Source of the DNA: Trichosphaerium sp. ATCC 40318
Lineage: Eukaryota > Protista > Tubulinea
Length of the DNA: 64,000 nt
Assembly: GCA_038496445.1 (NCBI GenBank)
Contig: JALMLS010000505.1
Coordinates: 82,500 to 146,499 of the forward strand
Reading direction: 5' to 3'
Within the stretch, counting starts at the first letter, position 1; every line of letters begins with the position of its first letter. The translations under genes and the position numbers were made by a program. The notes below the pieces were generated by a model. It was not told where the DNA came from. It did no database searches and saw only the letters and a list, made by a program, of their open reading frames with translations. Shown piece by piece: positions 41,712 through 53,629 of this stretch.

Positions 41712-43816
41712 ATGACAAAGGGAAACGTGAAACTTCTAATCACTATGGTATGCTATCAATTAGTCCATAGGAGATGCTAAACACATCTTGCAAGGCTTTC
41801 TTTTTTCAACAAACTTCCTAAACTAACTTAGATCCTCATTATACTTGTATACAAGTCTAAAGCGACATTGACCTGCGGCAACTTAACATTTTCGTCAATA
41901 ACATACCCGTAAGTTGCCATTTACTTCAAAAATCATTTCTTCAATCCCCATAAGCGCGTCAGGACGCATTCTTTTTTTGAACAAGTTCGTATTAAAAAAG
42001 AACTATTTCGGAGTGACTTCTACTAATACACATTTTAGATTCTCTGCATCTATGCCTTGGATAGAAGTGAATGGTTTCGTTTCTGTGTATAATACGAACG
42101 TTACTGAGTTTCTCCGGCCTACTATTTTACTTGTTAATCGTGGAGACGAGTTTGCAATAGAAGACGCACTCAGGTACTATTTTTGAATTGTTTCAACAAA
42201 TAACTTGGCATAATTTTATTAAGCCCAAAAAAACTTGGGACGACTTCTTTAAATCAACTAATAACACCATTCGTCCGCGATTTATGAAAAGTACCGCCGG
42301 GCTTCTTTCCGGCTTTTGTTTTTCTTTATTGGATTACCAATTTTGTCATCAACAGTACAAATTGTACTTTTTTTTTGAAATACCATGTTGCTCAATACTC
42401 TAGGCCGTATCATCAAATTAAAGGAGTAGTTGGATTAGTTATTGGGTGTGATTCTAATGGTGGAGGTATAACGTCGATGGTGTAAATGCTGTTAAATAGA
42501 GTGAATAGATTTTATGTTTACAAATGGACAATCAAACGATGACTTGAAGACACCCACTGTTGAGACAACAAGTACACTATCACTTAGCAATGTTTCACTT
42601 ATTTTTTGTAGTGCAATCGTTTGATGCGATCAAACTTGCTATTAGTAATGCGACTTGTTACAATATGACGATGACTCCTGGTACTCTTTATTCGACAAAT
42701 GTTTGTACTAACTTTCACACTTAGAAGCCAATCCATATTTATTGGCGTTCGAAGGCCTAGGCTTTTTCTTGAGCACACAAATAGTAGTATGCATATGGTC
42801 CTCTTTGAATGTTGTACGTAGGATTGGATATTAAAAGTAGCACTTATTTTCTTTGAACAGGCCTATGCGATACGAAAGTTATGCGTCGGGTGTAAAGCTA
42901 AAAAGAAGGCTAAAACTGTACCAATAACTGTTCTTATAATGGAGTTAATAGCAAACACAGGTAAAGTCAAGACGTTCTTTGTTTTTTTTGGAAGCAGTTT
43001 TTTTTCTGATTCTGTTTTTATTCTTAGTGCGTATTGTTTTATTCTCTGTTGATCCTTGGAGCACTCAAAGAATACTTCCTTCTACTATTTCAAGAAGTTT
43101 GCTTTATATAACCTTTGCTTTTTCAATTGGAGCATTAATGATTGTATCGATGTACTGGCAGAAACTTTTCTCCAACAACTCGGTTACTGTCAATATGTTC
43201 ATGAAAAAGTACAAGATTGCCGTAACTATTTGCTTTGCACTACTCTTTTCGTTGCTGTTGTCCGCAGCATTAATTGCTACATTGGTAAGCAGGAGATAAA
43301 AATACTTGGAATCTTACTTTCTACTTTTTGTAGGCATCAATATCTGCAGTCAATACAATCGTTCATGTTGCGGTTTTTATATCTTTAGTTATTATTGTTT
43401 CCACCTTTTCCATTACAGCAATACGTGTACTAAGGAGAACAAGCCGAATGGCTGCAACTGAAGCCGTTAAGAAGCTTAAAATAGTACTCGTTTAAATCAA
43501 AAATCAAGATATTCTTTTTTTCTTACGCCGTTTAATGTAGATCATGTACAAGTCTTTGATAATATCTGGATGTATGATAGTGTTTATAGTAGTGTACGTT
43601 GGATTCTCATCAGACTCTGCGAGACGTTCACCAATCGCAAAAGTTGTAACATTATGTGTAACGTCCTACGCTCTACTTCTTACAAGCACTCTTCATATTT
43701 CAACATTGTATCAAAAAACAAAAAAAGAAAACAGTAACCGCGAGAGTGCTTCAACTATGAGCTGTAGTAGTAAAACCCCAGCAAAGTTTACTGACATGTC
43801 CACCGTATGTAAATAA
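41712..43816 (+). CDS. Signal peptide + PA domain + 7TM protein, copy B1
   Basis: MTKGNVKLLITM/ILIILVYKSKA; PA-like TILLVNRGDEFAIEDALR..GVVGLVIGCD; TM motif RIVLFSVDPWSTQRILPSTISRSLLYITF...MYWQKL. Confidence 0.7.
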
Positions 43817-43947
43817 ATAACCTGTAGAACTATGTATACGTTACTTGTCACATGTGTCGTTTCGAAAGTTGCCTTAAATAGCCGTTAAGTTGTTTGATCT
43901 AAAAGCAATTGGGAACGCCATTATTGTTTTTTGCCGACGTTCTAAAA

Positions 43948-46421
43948 ATGATATGGCGGCTAACGCATACCTTAATACATAGCGTTTTGATTGCAAGTGC
44001 TTTTGACCTTTTATACTTTAATGTGACCTAATACTTCTCTAGGTAATTTTAATATACACCACAGCATGCCTAGGCGCCGTTGAGTGTAATTTAGTCAGTG
44101 TTCCTTCTGTGGTGTACCCGTACGCCGTTCTTTGCTGTTTTTCGCTTGTCAAAACACTGTCCTCACTGTATATGATGTTCTAGTTCTTACGCCGAAATAG
44201 TTTTTCGGGAGTTGCTGAATGGTCTACGCACCAAGGTCTCTTGACGCTAAACAGCTCTGCAAGTGCTGTCCAAGGTAAAATACTCCTTACAGAGCGAAAG
44301 GATCAATTCACAATAGAAGATGCGCTTGGGTACGAACAACTAGCCTATACCAAAGCCAAAGGCAATTTATAATGACGCTAGTTGTCGATTTTCGCTTAAT
44401 TTATTGTCAACAGGCCCTTTCAAGATCTAGATGGTCTCATTTTATTAATCATCGCTGGGGATTCTGAGGGAGGAGGTATTCCCGACAATCTAGATTCCAG
44501 TTTTTTTTTTTGACAAAAACTGATTTCGGGTTAACGTTGTTCTTGTTTTAGACTTCTTTGTAACTACAGGAGCATCTGGAGAACAGTTTAAAGTACCAAC
44601 TGTAGAGATAAAACGTAAGCTAAAGCATCACTTTCCTTTTTACCTCTTTGGTAATATTTTCTGAACTTGTTTCCAGTTTATCAAAATAAATTGAAGGTAA
44701 ACGTAATTGGAATCTTTTTGGGTCCATCACGACGTAAAAATGATAAAAATTGTTTTCATGTCGTTTAGACTTTCATCTAAAACTGTGACATATAGTCCTT
44801 TGATACCCTGGTCATCTTGTTTTAAATATGCTGCACAGCGCCATTTTATTTCAAATACTTATTATTTTTTTTGAAGGTGATGATTTTGACATTTTAACCG
44901 ATGCAATGGGAAATAATGCTTGTACAGCAACTGTGACATGGGGTACAAAAATTTTTCTAAATTGGTACAACAAAACTAAAAATTTCGCTTAGAACCAAAC
45001 CCATCTCTAGGTGTGTTTTCAAGTGTTACATTTTTAGTATCTGTTAGAGTTGTTATACCATTTTGGTCCATAATGAACATGGTACAATAACTTTTATTCC
45101 ATTTTTTCAGGTACCATTCTCATTTTTTTTACAACGGCAGGTATTTTGTATTTACAAGTTTCGTATGGCGTATAAACTCAATGTCAAATTTGCAAGTATT
45201 GCTGTTGTAGTTTTAATAATGGAATTTTTAACAACTTTGCGTACGTATCTCTTTCATACCTTTTAGAATACTGTTGAGCTCAAAGAGGCACAAGAAACGT
45301 GATTGTTTTTGGCAAGTAAAACAAGTTTCATTCACTAGCCACAGTCTTGTTAGACGCCTATCACGTATTCCGTATCGCTCATGTAGTTATTCGTCTCTTT
45401 AAAAACTGGGGATTGTTTTTCTTCTTTAGATTGTCACGTGCTAATCTTAGATGGCTAATTGTTTGTACTAGTTCGTTGTATTTTATTTGCTACTGATCCT
45501 TGGAGTACTCAGAGAATTCTACCTACAGTAGTGTCTAGAAGTATTCTTTTTTTATCTTTTTCTTTTTCATTTGGTGCTTTAATGATTGTTACCCTGTATT
45601 GGCACAAACTTTTAAAAAAGAGTAGAGTTAATGTCAATGCATTTATGAACAAGTATAAGATTACGATTTTTATTGGTTTTTCAGCATTTTTTTGCTTAAT
45701 GCTCTTCACAGCGTTATCTTCATTATATGTACGTTTAACTAGACTTATTTTACTTTGCTATACCCAACGTCGAGGGAATTTTCTTTGACACTAGTGTTGC
45801 TAGCAACAATGTAGCTTTTTTTTTGCTTTTTTTTTTTACCTTTGTTTGAAAACTAACAGCATTGTTAGCCCATAGAGATAATGACTTCAGTATTGTACAC
45901 CTTAGTTACTATTGCATTAATTATTGTTGCACTGATGTTCTCCATGACAGCTATACGTGTACTACACAGAACAAGTCATCTTGCACCAACTGCAACAGTC
46001 AAGGCACTTAAGAACGTACGCATAAATTTTTTTTAACGTTGACAACAACCTTTAACTGCATCGTATTTGATTGTGCTGTAAAAAGCAGATTTGCTACTAA
46101 GCCACAATTTCGTTCTGAAACTAAGTCCTTACGTAGATCATGTACAAAGCTTTAGTAATGTCTTTGTGCCTAGTAATATTTTTGGTGGCAAGTGTAGCTT
46201 TTTCTGTTGTACCCAAAGAGCGTAGAGGACCTCAACTAAGAACAATTGCATTATGTTTATCAGCCTACAGTCTTCTTATTGTTAGCACACTACATATTTC
46301 TACACTATTCAATGAAAGAAGAAAAGACACGAATAGTAGTATTGTAGTATCTAAAAAAGGTTCTATTGGATCAGTTGCGGTATCGAAAACCCAAAGATCT
46401 ACCTCTGTACCAGTAGTATGA
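43948..46421 (+). CDS. Signal peptide + PA domain + 7TM protein, tandem paralog B2
   Basis: PA-like AVQGKILLTERKDQFTIEDAL..GLILLIIAGDSEGG..KVPTVEI; TM motif RCILFATDPWSTQRILPTVVSRSILFLSF...LYWHKL. Start approximate. Confidence 0.7.
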
Positions 46422-47479
46422 AAAACAACGGATGATAATGTAAGAAAAAAGAGAATAAAAAACCAACTTGTATTTTTGGTTATTGTACGTTTCGTTTTCA
46501 GCGGTGCTGACTTTTAGCAAAAAAAATCCAGTTTCTGCCTTGTCTGTCAGATCTGACGGATTTAACACTGTTGACAAAACTTGCTAACCTCACTTTTTAA
46601 AATTTAATGCCCTCACAATGTTTGCAACTAAAGTGTAGTTCAGTGATACATGCTGCTCGGAACACTATTTCGTTTCTCCTATGTATTTTTGCATGGATCA
46701 AACGTTAACATATTACAAAAGAATATAAAGTGTGCACAAAGTGATACTTTTTTTGTTTAGAAATTGTACAGCACTATACGTTCCTGCATGTAAGAATATA
46801 TATTTCTGTATCTAAACATCACAGTGTCTATTTTTTATAACATCTAAAAAAATTGGCTCCAGAAATAAATGTTTTGCGTTTATTTGAAAAAGAAAAGAGT
46901 GGACCGATCAGTCACTTTCGTTTTCAACATCGTACACAACTCTTGTACTATCCGCACAAACCAAACCAATAAAGCTGTTATACCGAATAGCCCACCACAT
47001 CTCCTTTTCTTTAGTTCTTACGGGTAGATAGTCTGGCTCTGGTTCTTCTTGGTGTGTACCAATTCTAGGCCAAATACGTCCACGTTAGATCACATGTATC
47101 AAGTCATCTTCATCTCTAGGGTAACGACTAGCTGGTTTCCGTCAACATTTTGTTACACTGAGGAATTTTTTGCCCAGGAATATGTCAACTGCTAAAATGT
47201 TGAGATCAAATCTGAAACTATTTGCCGTGAAGCCTTTTTAGGACAATCAATTTAGTTACTTATTGTTAGATAAGTACCTTGCGACAGTGGTAACCAGTAC
47301 GCTATGCTTGCAAAATTTGCCAGCACTAGATCTGTTGCAAATCGTCATGATCCGTTCTAAGCCTTGAAAAACGTATTGACTTTGGATGAGAAACTAATCT
47401 ATCGAGGCAGCTTGTCTATGAAACATGTATACTCCTGATCAAAAATTTGTCAGGTAAGTGATTCAAGTTTTGAAGTGTA

Positions 47480-47830
47480 GATTTTTAAAAACAATCTCTG
47501 ACTTGTACTGTTCACTTAACGCGGAGCAATTTTGTTTTGGTAGTTTTATCTGCACACATACATGTATTTTCACAGACTTATTGTGCAAAAACTCAGGTAA
47601 AAAATCGATTTTTCAAGCCAGATATTATGACTTCTTTGTGGTTTTTAGAGTCTAAAAACAAGGAAGTATTTCAACTGTTTCAATCTTGTGTCAGTTTGAA
47701 AATACAAAATACGCGTATTGACATGTAGATCTGTTGTGTAAGAAATCAGAACTGAACTCGACAGTGTTTGCCATAATGTTACAATTCTTATTTTTTTCTG
47801 TATTTTCCACCGCGAAAACTTGTACTGTTA
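47480..47830. repeat. Diverged copy of the repeat family that forms the foldback element at 55.7-56.3 kb
   Basis: aaaatacgcgtattgacatgtagatctgttgtgtaagaaatcagaactgaactc...gccataatgttacaattcttatttttttctg aligns by eye with 55982-56080; tgtgcaaaaactcagg...aagccagatattatgactt aligns with ~55878-55930. Confidence 0.6.
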
Positions 47831-48092
47831 CATGTGCACATACATATTGGATTTGTGTAAAGAACCAGGGTCGAAGCTGGATTGATGACTTCTCTTTTGA
47901 GCCATAAACAAAGAACTACAATCTCGCGTTCATATCAGCAATTAAAAGACTAAACCGATGTTTTAGTGTATCTTCAGTGCGCCAAAACAAGTTATTGGCT
48001 ATGAATTTTCAACAAGTACACTATATGAGGAAAACTAAACTATGGTTGTTTATTGATAATGATATTGCTTGCTTACAACAAACACATTAGAA

Positions 48093-51000
48093 TTACTTTG
48101 TACTTTCAAGAAGAGCTATTTTTGCCAGTAGAATAGTATTCCTCTCCTTTAGGTTAGTGTTGTCTTGCTTTAGATCTTGGACACTTTCCTTGAGGTTAAC
48201 ATTGTCTTGCTTTAGATCCTGGACACTTTCTTTGAGGTTAGCATTGGCTTGCTTTAGATCCTGGACACTTTCGGTGAGGTTAACATTGGCTTGCTTTAGA
48301 TCTTGGACACTTTCCTTGAGGTTGATATTGTCTAGCTTCAGGGTGTTGTTGCTTCCTGTGAGGTCTTTGACACTTTCTGTTAAGTTGGCTTTGTCTTGTT
48401 TTAGGTTATTGATGCTTTCAGTCAATTCAGTAATGTGCTGTTCTCTATTTGCGTTGGCTTTCTGTGAATTCTGATGAAGTTCAGCCAGGCTCTTCTTTAA
48501 TTTCTCTACCTCACTGTTTGATTGTTGTAATTCCAGTTCGGGATTGACATAATTATAACTTGGTTGTTCATCAGTTGAATCATCATGGGCCGCCCACAGT
48601 TTTCTAGTGCAAAGCCTAAGTTTAAAAGAAAGAGACTATGAAATTATACCGGTTAGAAATAAAAGTGTCATCATCAGAATCAGATAGTTCATCATCAGAT
48701 AGCTCACCAGCGGAACCATCAGTATCTGCTTCTGAAGCTTTGTCCTCAATTTGTTCGTTATCGCCTTTCTCTTTCTTTGTCATTTTATCGTCTTTCTTGG
48801 CTTTTTTAGTTTTACGTCTTTTTTTTGTACATTGTTTCTTTGTAACTTTGATGATGTACCGAGCAACAGCTTGAGTATCTAAAACAGTGTTTGAGTACTT
48901 AATCACAATTTTCTAATGTAATGTTGAGTGTACCTTGTGCCACTACCAGCTCATCGTATACTGCATCTTCAAGTTTATCTGGTTTCAGAAGTTTACCCTT
49001 TCGATCTACCAATGCATAGTGACTTTGGTAGCCTGGTTTTATTGGCCTTCCATGCAAACTTTCATTGATGTTTTTGATACCATCCTTACATACGAGGGGA
49101 TCATGCTTTTTATCAAGTAAGTAAAGAATATTCACATCAATATTATTGTTTGCTTACTGGATAAACGTTGCCAGGAGTAACAAGACTTAAAACAAGTGTT
49201 TTTGCGGTTCTTCCTTTCAAATCATATGAAGCAGCATACTTTATGCTTCTCTATCGGCGACAATGAATATTGACCACCTGCAAAAATTGGCTAGTAACGC
49301 ACAGTGAAGTATATCCCTTGACCATAGTAACCAGCATCTAAAGAACTCACAGTTCCAAAACCAGCCTTTACAATACTGTAAGCTGCATCGTTGTTCGTAC
49401 CATGGACCATTAATATCACTGGTAACTAAATAAAACGTTTGTTAATGCAAGAGTACCAAGTAGCATTACCTTATCTTTCTTGGTAGTACGACAATCATTA
49501 AAGGCAGTGAGGGTGTTGTACTTTTGGTACACAGTCTCTTTGTGTTCCTTGTAGATACTTTTTTTCCACTCTTGTTTTTTAAACAACTCGGGCAGTTCTC
49601 TAATATGTGCATGTTAGAATCAAGAAACATCTACGTGGGATAAACGTACTGGTGTCTGTGTTTTAGTATTTCATTGACCCGACCAAAGTTATCTGTCAAG
49701 ATGTCATTGTAAACAAGACTCGCTTCAACGATATTGTATTTGTCATAGCCGTGTAGCTTTGACATCTCCTGTTTGAGAATGTTGAATTCTCTGACAGCCA
49801 CTTTGTCGTTTTTGTCAAGAAGGTTCAGTATTTTGTAGTGTGTCGCCTTTGCAACAATACCTCTTTTTATAATATAAGAATTAATTAAAAAGGCATTGCC
49901 CATACGTGTTGGAGCTATCCCAATTATTTGCAAAATACAATCGCGGATTCAAACTCCATGCGTTTTCGCCTTGTAATCCTTTTGAAACTGTTTTAGTATT
50001 TTATCACATACACACCTTACCTCCAGTACGCTCTTCTTGTAAGTATTCAACATGTTTGTTATTAACCCACGCATCATTGGGCATATCATACAGAATACCT
50101 TGCATTAATTTCCCATCTTGTTTCCAGAAGTCCTGTAGAAAAAAAGTTGTTTGTAGTGTTGAGTTACCGGTGGATATCGTACTGGAGACAATACAACTTT
50201 GGGATCGCATGTAGAACAAATTAAATAACAAATACCTTTATCCATTGCCAGTTTGAAATAATACCGTGTTGGCTGAAGGTTGTGTGATTAGTTTAAGGTA
50301 TTGGCATTCAATAAAGTGTACCAAACGGCAAAGCCATTCTTCAAACTGTTTTCTCTCTTCTACGTTGACATTTTGTGAATAGTGCTTTATACAGTATCTC
50401 CACAGTGCATGGCATTGTTTACCACCTGGACAGTATTTTAAGAAAGTTATGAATTTTTCAACAGCTGAAGGTGTATTTGATATCACTTTTCTAATTAAAA
50501 TGAACATAAAGTCTTGCCATCTTCTTTTGTCCGGAACTACTGCTAACAGTGTTAGCTATTATTTTACCAAATTGTTTTGTAATGTGCCCAATACCTGAAT
50601 CCTTGCTGGTTCCACCATCAATATCAATATTATTTGTGTTAGGTTTGATTAATTTCAACATTTGCATTGAGATATAGTTAAAATCTCAAAACGATAGTGA
50701 GTAAACACAGGTTTTATCTCTTTTGTTATATTACCTGTAGCATAAATCAAAGCTGTATTTCCATATTCATCAACAGCATCAATATTGGCTTTGGCATTGA
50801 TTAACATTGATACAACTTTATTGTGTCCATTTTTTGCTTTAAATAATAATGTGAGTTTGCACTTGTTACTGTATTTCATCATGATTACCTGCATAAATCA
50901 AAGCTGTACTTCCATAGTTATCAACAGCATCAATATTGGCGTTGGCATTGATTAACATTGATACAAATTCATTGTGTCCATTTTTTGCTTTAAATAATAA

Positions 51001-53629
51001 TGTGAGTATGCATACGTTACTGTATTTCATCATAGTTACCTGCATAAATCAAAACTGTATTTCCATATTTATCAACAGCATCAATATTGGTGTTGGCATT
51101 GATTAACATTGATACAATTGCATTGTGTCTATTTTTTGCTTTAAATAATAATGTGAGTATGCATACGTTACTGTATCTCATCATGATTACCTGCATAAAT
51201 CAAAGCTGTCCTTCTATTTTCATCAACAGCCTTAATATTGGTGTTGGCATTGATTAATGTTGATACAACTTCATTGTGTCCATTTTGTGCTTTAAATAAT
51301 AATGTGAGTATGCACATGTATTTGTATCTCATCACGATTACCTGCATAAATCAAAGCTGTATTTCCATATTTATCAACAGCATCAATATTGGCGTTGGCA
51401 TTGATTAACATTGATACAATTTTATTGTGTCCTTCTTGTGCTTTAAATAATAATGTGAGTATGCACTTGTTACTGTATCTCATCATGATTACCTGCATAA
51501 ATCAAAGCTGTCTTTCTATTTTCATTAGCAGCCTCAATATTGGTGTTGGCATTGATTAACATTGATACAACTTTATTGTGTCCATTTTGTGCTTTAAATA
51601 ATAATGTGAGTATGCACTTGTTACTGTATCTCATCATGATTACCTGCATAAATCAAAGCTGTCCTTCCATATTCATCAACAGCATCAATATTGGCGTTGG
51701 CATTGATTAACATTGATACAACTGCATTGTGTCCTTCCTGCGCTTTAAATAATAATGTGAGTATGCATACGTTACTGTATCTCATCATGATTACCTGCAT
51801 AAATCAAAGCTGTACTTCCATAGTTATCAACAGTATCAATATTGGCGTTGGCATTGATTAACATTGATACAACTTTATTGTGTCCATTTTGTGCTTTAAA
51901 TAATAATGTGAGTATGCACTTGTTACTGTATCTCATCACGATTACCTGCATAAATCAAAGCTGTACTTCCATAGTTATCAACAGTATCAATATTGGCGTT
52001 GGCATTGATTAACATTGATACAACTTTATTGTGTCCATTTTGTGCTTTAAATAATAATGTGAGTATGCACTTGTTACTGTATTTCATCACGATTACCTGC
52101 ATAAATCAAAGCTGTCCTTTTATAGTAATCAACAGCCTCAATATTGGCGTTGGCATTGATTAACATTGATACAAATTCATTGTGTCCATTTTTTGCTTTA
52201 AATAATAATGTGAGTATGCACATGTTATTGTATCTCATCATAGTTACCTGCATAAATTAAAATTGTATTTTTATCTTCATCAATATTGGCTTTGGCATTG
52301 ATTAACATTGATACAACTTCATTATGTCCTTTTTGTGCTTTAAATAATAATGTGAGTTTGCACTTGTTACTGTATTTCATCACGATTACCTGCATAAATC
52401 AAAGCTGTACTTCCATCTTCATCAACAGCATCAATATTGGCGTTGGCATTGATTAACATTGATACAATTTTATTGTGTCCATTTTTTGCTTTAAATAATA
52501 ATGTGAGTATGCACATGTTATCGTATCTCATCACGATTACCTGCATAAATCAAAGCTGTCTTTCTATTTTCATCAACAGCATCAATATTGGCGTTGGCAT
52601 TGATTAACATTGATACAATTTTATTGTATCCATTTTTTGCTTTAAATAATGTGAGTATGCACTTGTTATTGTATCTCATCACGATTACCTGCATAAATCA
52701 AAGCTGTCCTTCCATATTCACCAACAGCATCAATATTGGCGTTGGCATTGATTAACATTGATACAATTTTATTGTGTCCTTTTTTTGCTTTAAATAATAA
52801 TGTGAGTATGCACATGTTATTGTATCTCAACTATTACCTGCATAAATCAAAGCTGTACTTCCATATTCACCAACAGCATCAATATTGGCGTTGGCATTGA
52901 TTAACATTGATACAATTTTATTGTGTCCATTTTTTGCTTTAAATAATAATGTGAGTATGCACATGTTATCGTATCTCATCACGATTACCTGCATAAATCA
53001 AAGCTGTATTACCATATTTGTCAACAGCATCAATATTGGCGTTGGCATTGATTAACATTGATACAATCTCATTGTGCCCATAACGTGCTATAAATAATAG
53101 TGTGAGTATGCACTTGTTACTGTATCTCATCATTATTACCTGCATAAATCAAAGCTGTACTTCCATATTTATCAACAGCATCAATATTGGCGTTGGCATT
53201 GATTAACATTGATACAACTTTATTGTGTCCATTTTTTGCTTTAAATAATAATGTGAGTATGCACATGTTATCGTATCTCATCACGATTACCTGCATAAAT
53301 CAAAGCTGTATTTCCATAGTTACCAACAGCATCAATATTGGCGTTGGCATTGATTAACATTGATACAATTTTATTATCTCCTTTTTGTGCTTTAAATAAT
53401 GTGAGTATGCACTTGTTACCGTATTTCATCATGATTACCTGCATAAATCAAAGCTGTATTTCCATAGTTATCAACAGCATCAATATTGGTGTTGGCATTG
53501 ATTAACATTGATACAACTTTATTGTCTCTATTTTTTGCTTTAAATAATAATGTGAGTATGCACATGTTATTGTATCTCATCATAATTACCTGCATAAATC
53601 AAAGTTACTTCACTTTGTGATTCTGTCAT
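48093..53629 (-). CDS. Ankyrin-array (19 repeats) + PARP-type ADP-ribosyltransferase domain + Lys/acidic linker + C-terminal coiled coil
   Basis: Continuous in-frame splicing traced by eye from ATG 53629 (MTESQSEVTLIYA) through 19 ankyrin exons and linker exons to LPVILMVHGTNNDAAYSIVKAGFGTVSSLDAGYYGQGIYFT/RSIKYAASY..LVLSLVTPGNVYP..GYQSHY..VYDELVVAQ/DTQAVARYII, then (KESVQDLKQDNVNL)n and the stop at 48093. Confidence 0.85.
48140..48420 (-). repeat. 42-bp coding tandem repeat (14-aa, double-heptad coiled coil)
   Basis: About 4 near-identical units tgctttagatc[ct]tggacacttt..gaggtt plus degenerate flanking units, encoding (K/T)ESVQDLKQ(D/A)NxNL. Confidence 0.9.
50735..53604 (-). repeat. Tandem array of ~151-bp units (99-nt ankyrin exon + 52-nt intron): 19 complete units plus 1 partial
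   Basis: acctgcataaatcaaagc recurs at ~50887, 51038, 51189, 51340, 51491, 51642, 51793, 51944, 52095, 52246, 52388, 52539, 52687, 52836, 52987, 53138, 53289, 53437 and 53588. Minus-strand intron consensus gtaatcatgatgagatacagtaacaagtgcatactcacattattatttaaag. Confidence 0.95.

Noticed and set aside
48157-48874. Plus-strand ORFs 48157-48474 and 48638-48874 (also 59043-59369)
   Set aside because: Antisense shadows of the coiled-coil and acidic segments.
49900-50510. Apparent stop codons suggesting the ankyrin-PARP gene is a pseudogene
   Set aside because: The stops fall in short GT-AG introns or in other frames; a continuous frame could be traced.
50735-53604. CRISPR array or non-coding satellite interpretation of the 151-bp repeats
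   Set aside because: There are no unique spacers. Each unit parses as a 33-codon ankyrin exon plus a GT-AG intron, in a eukaryotic context.
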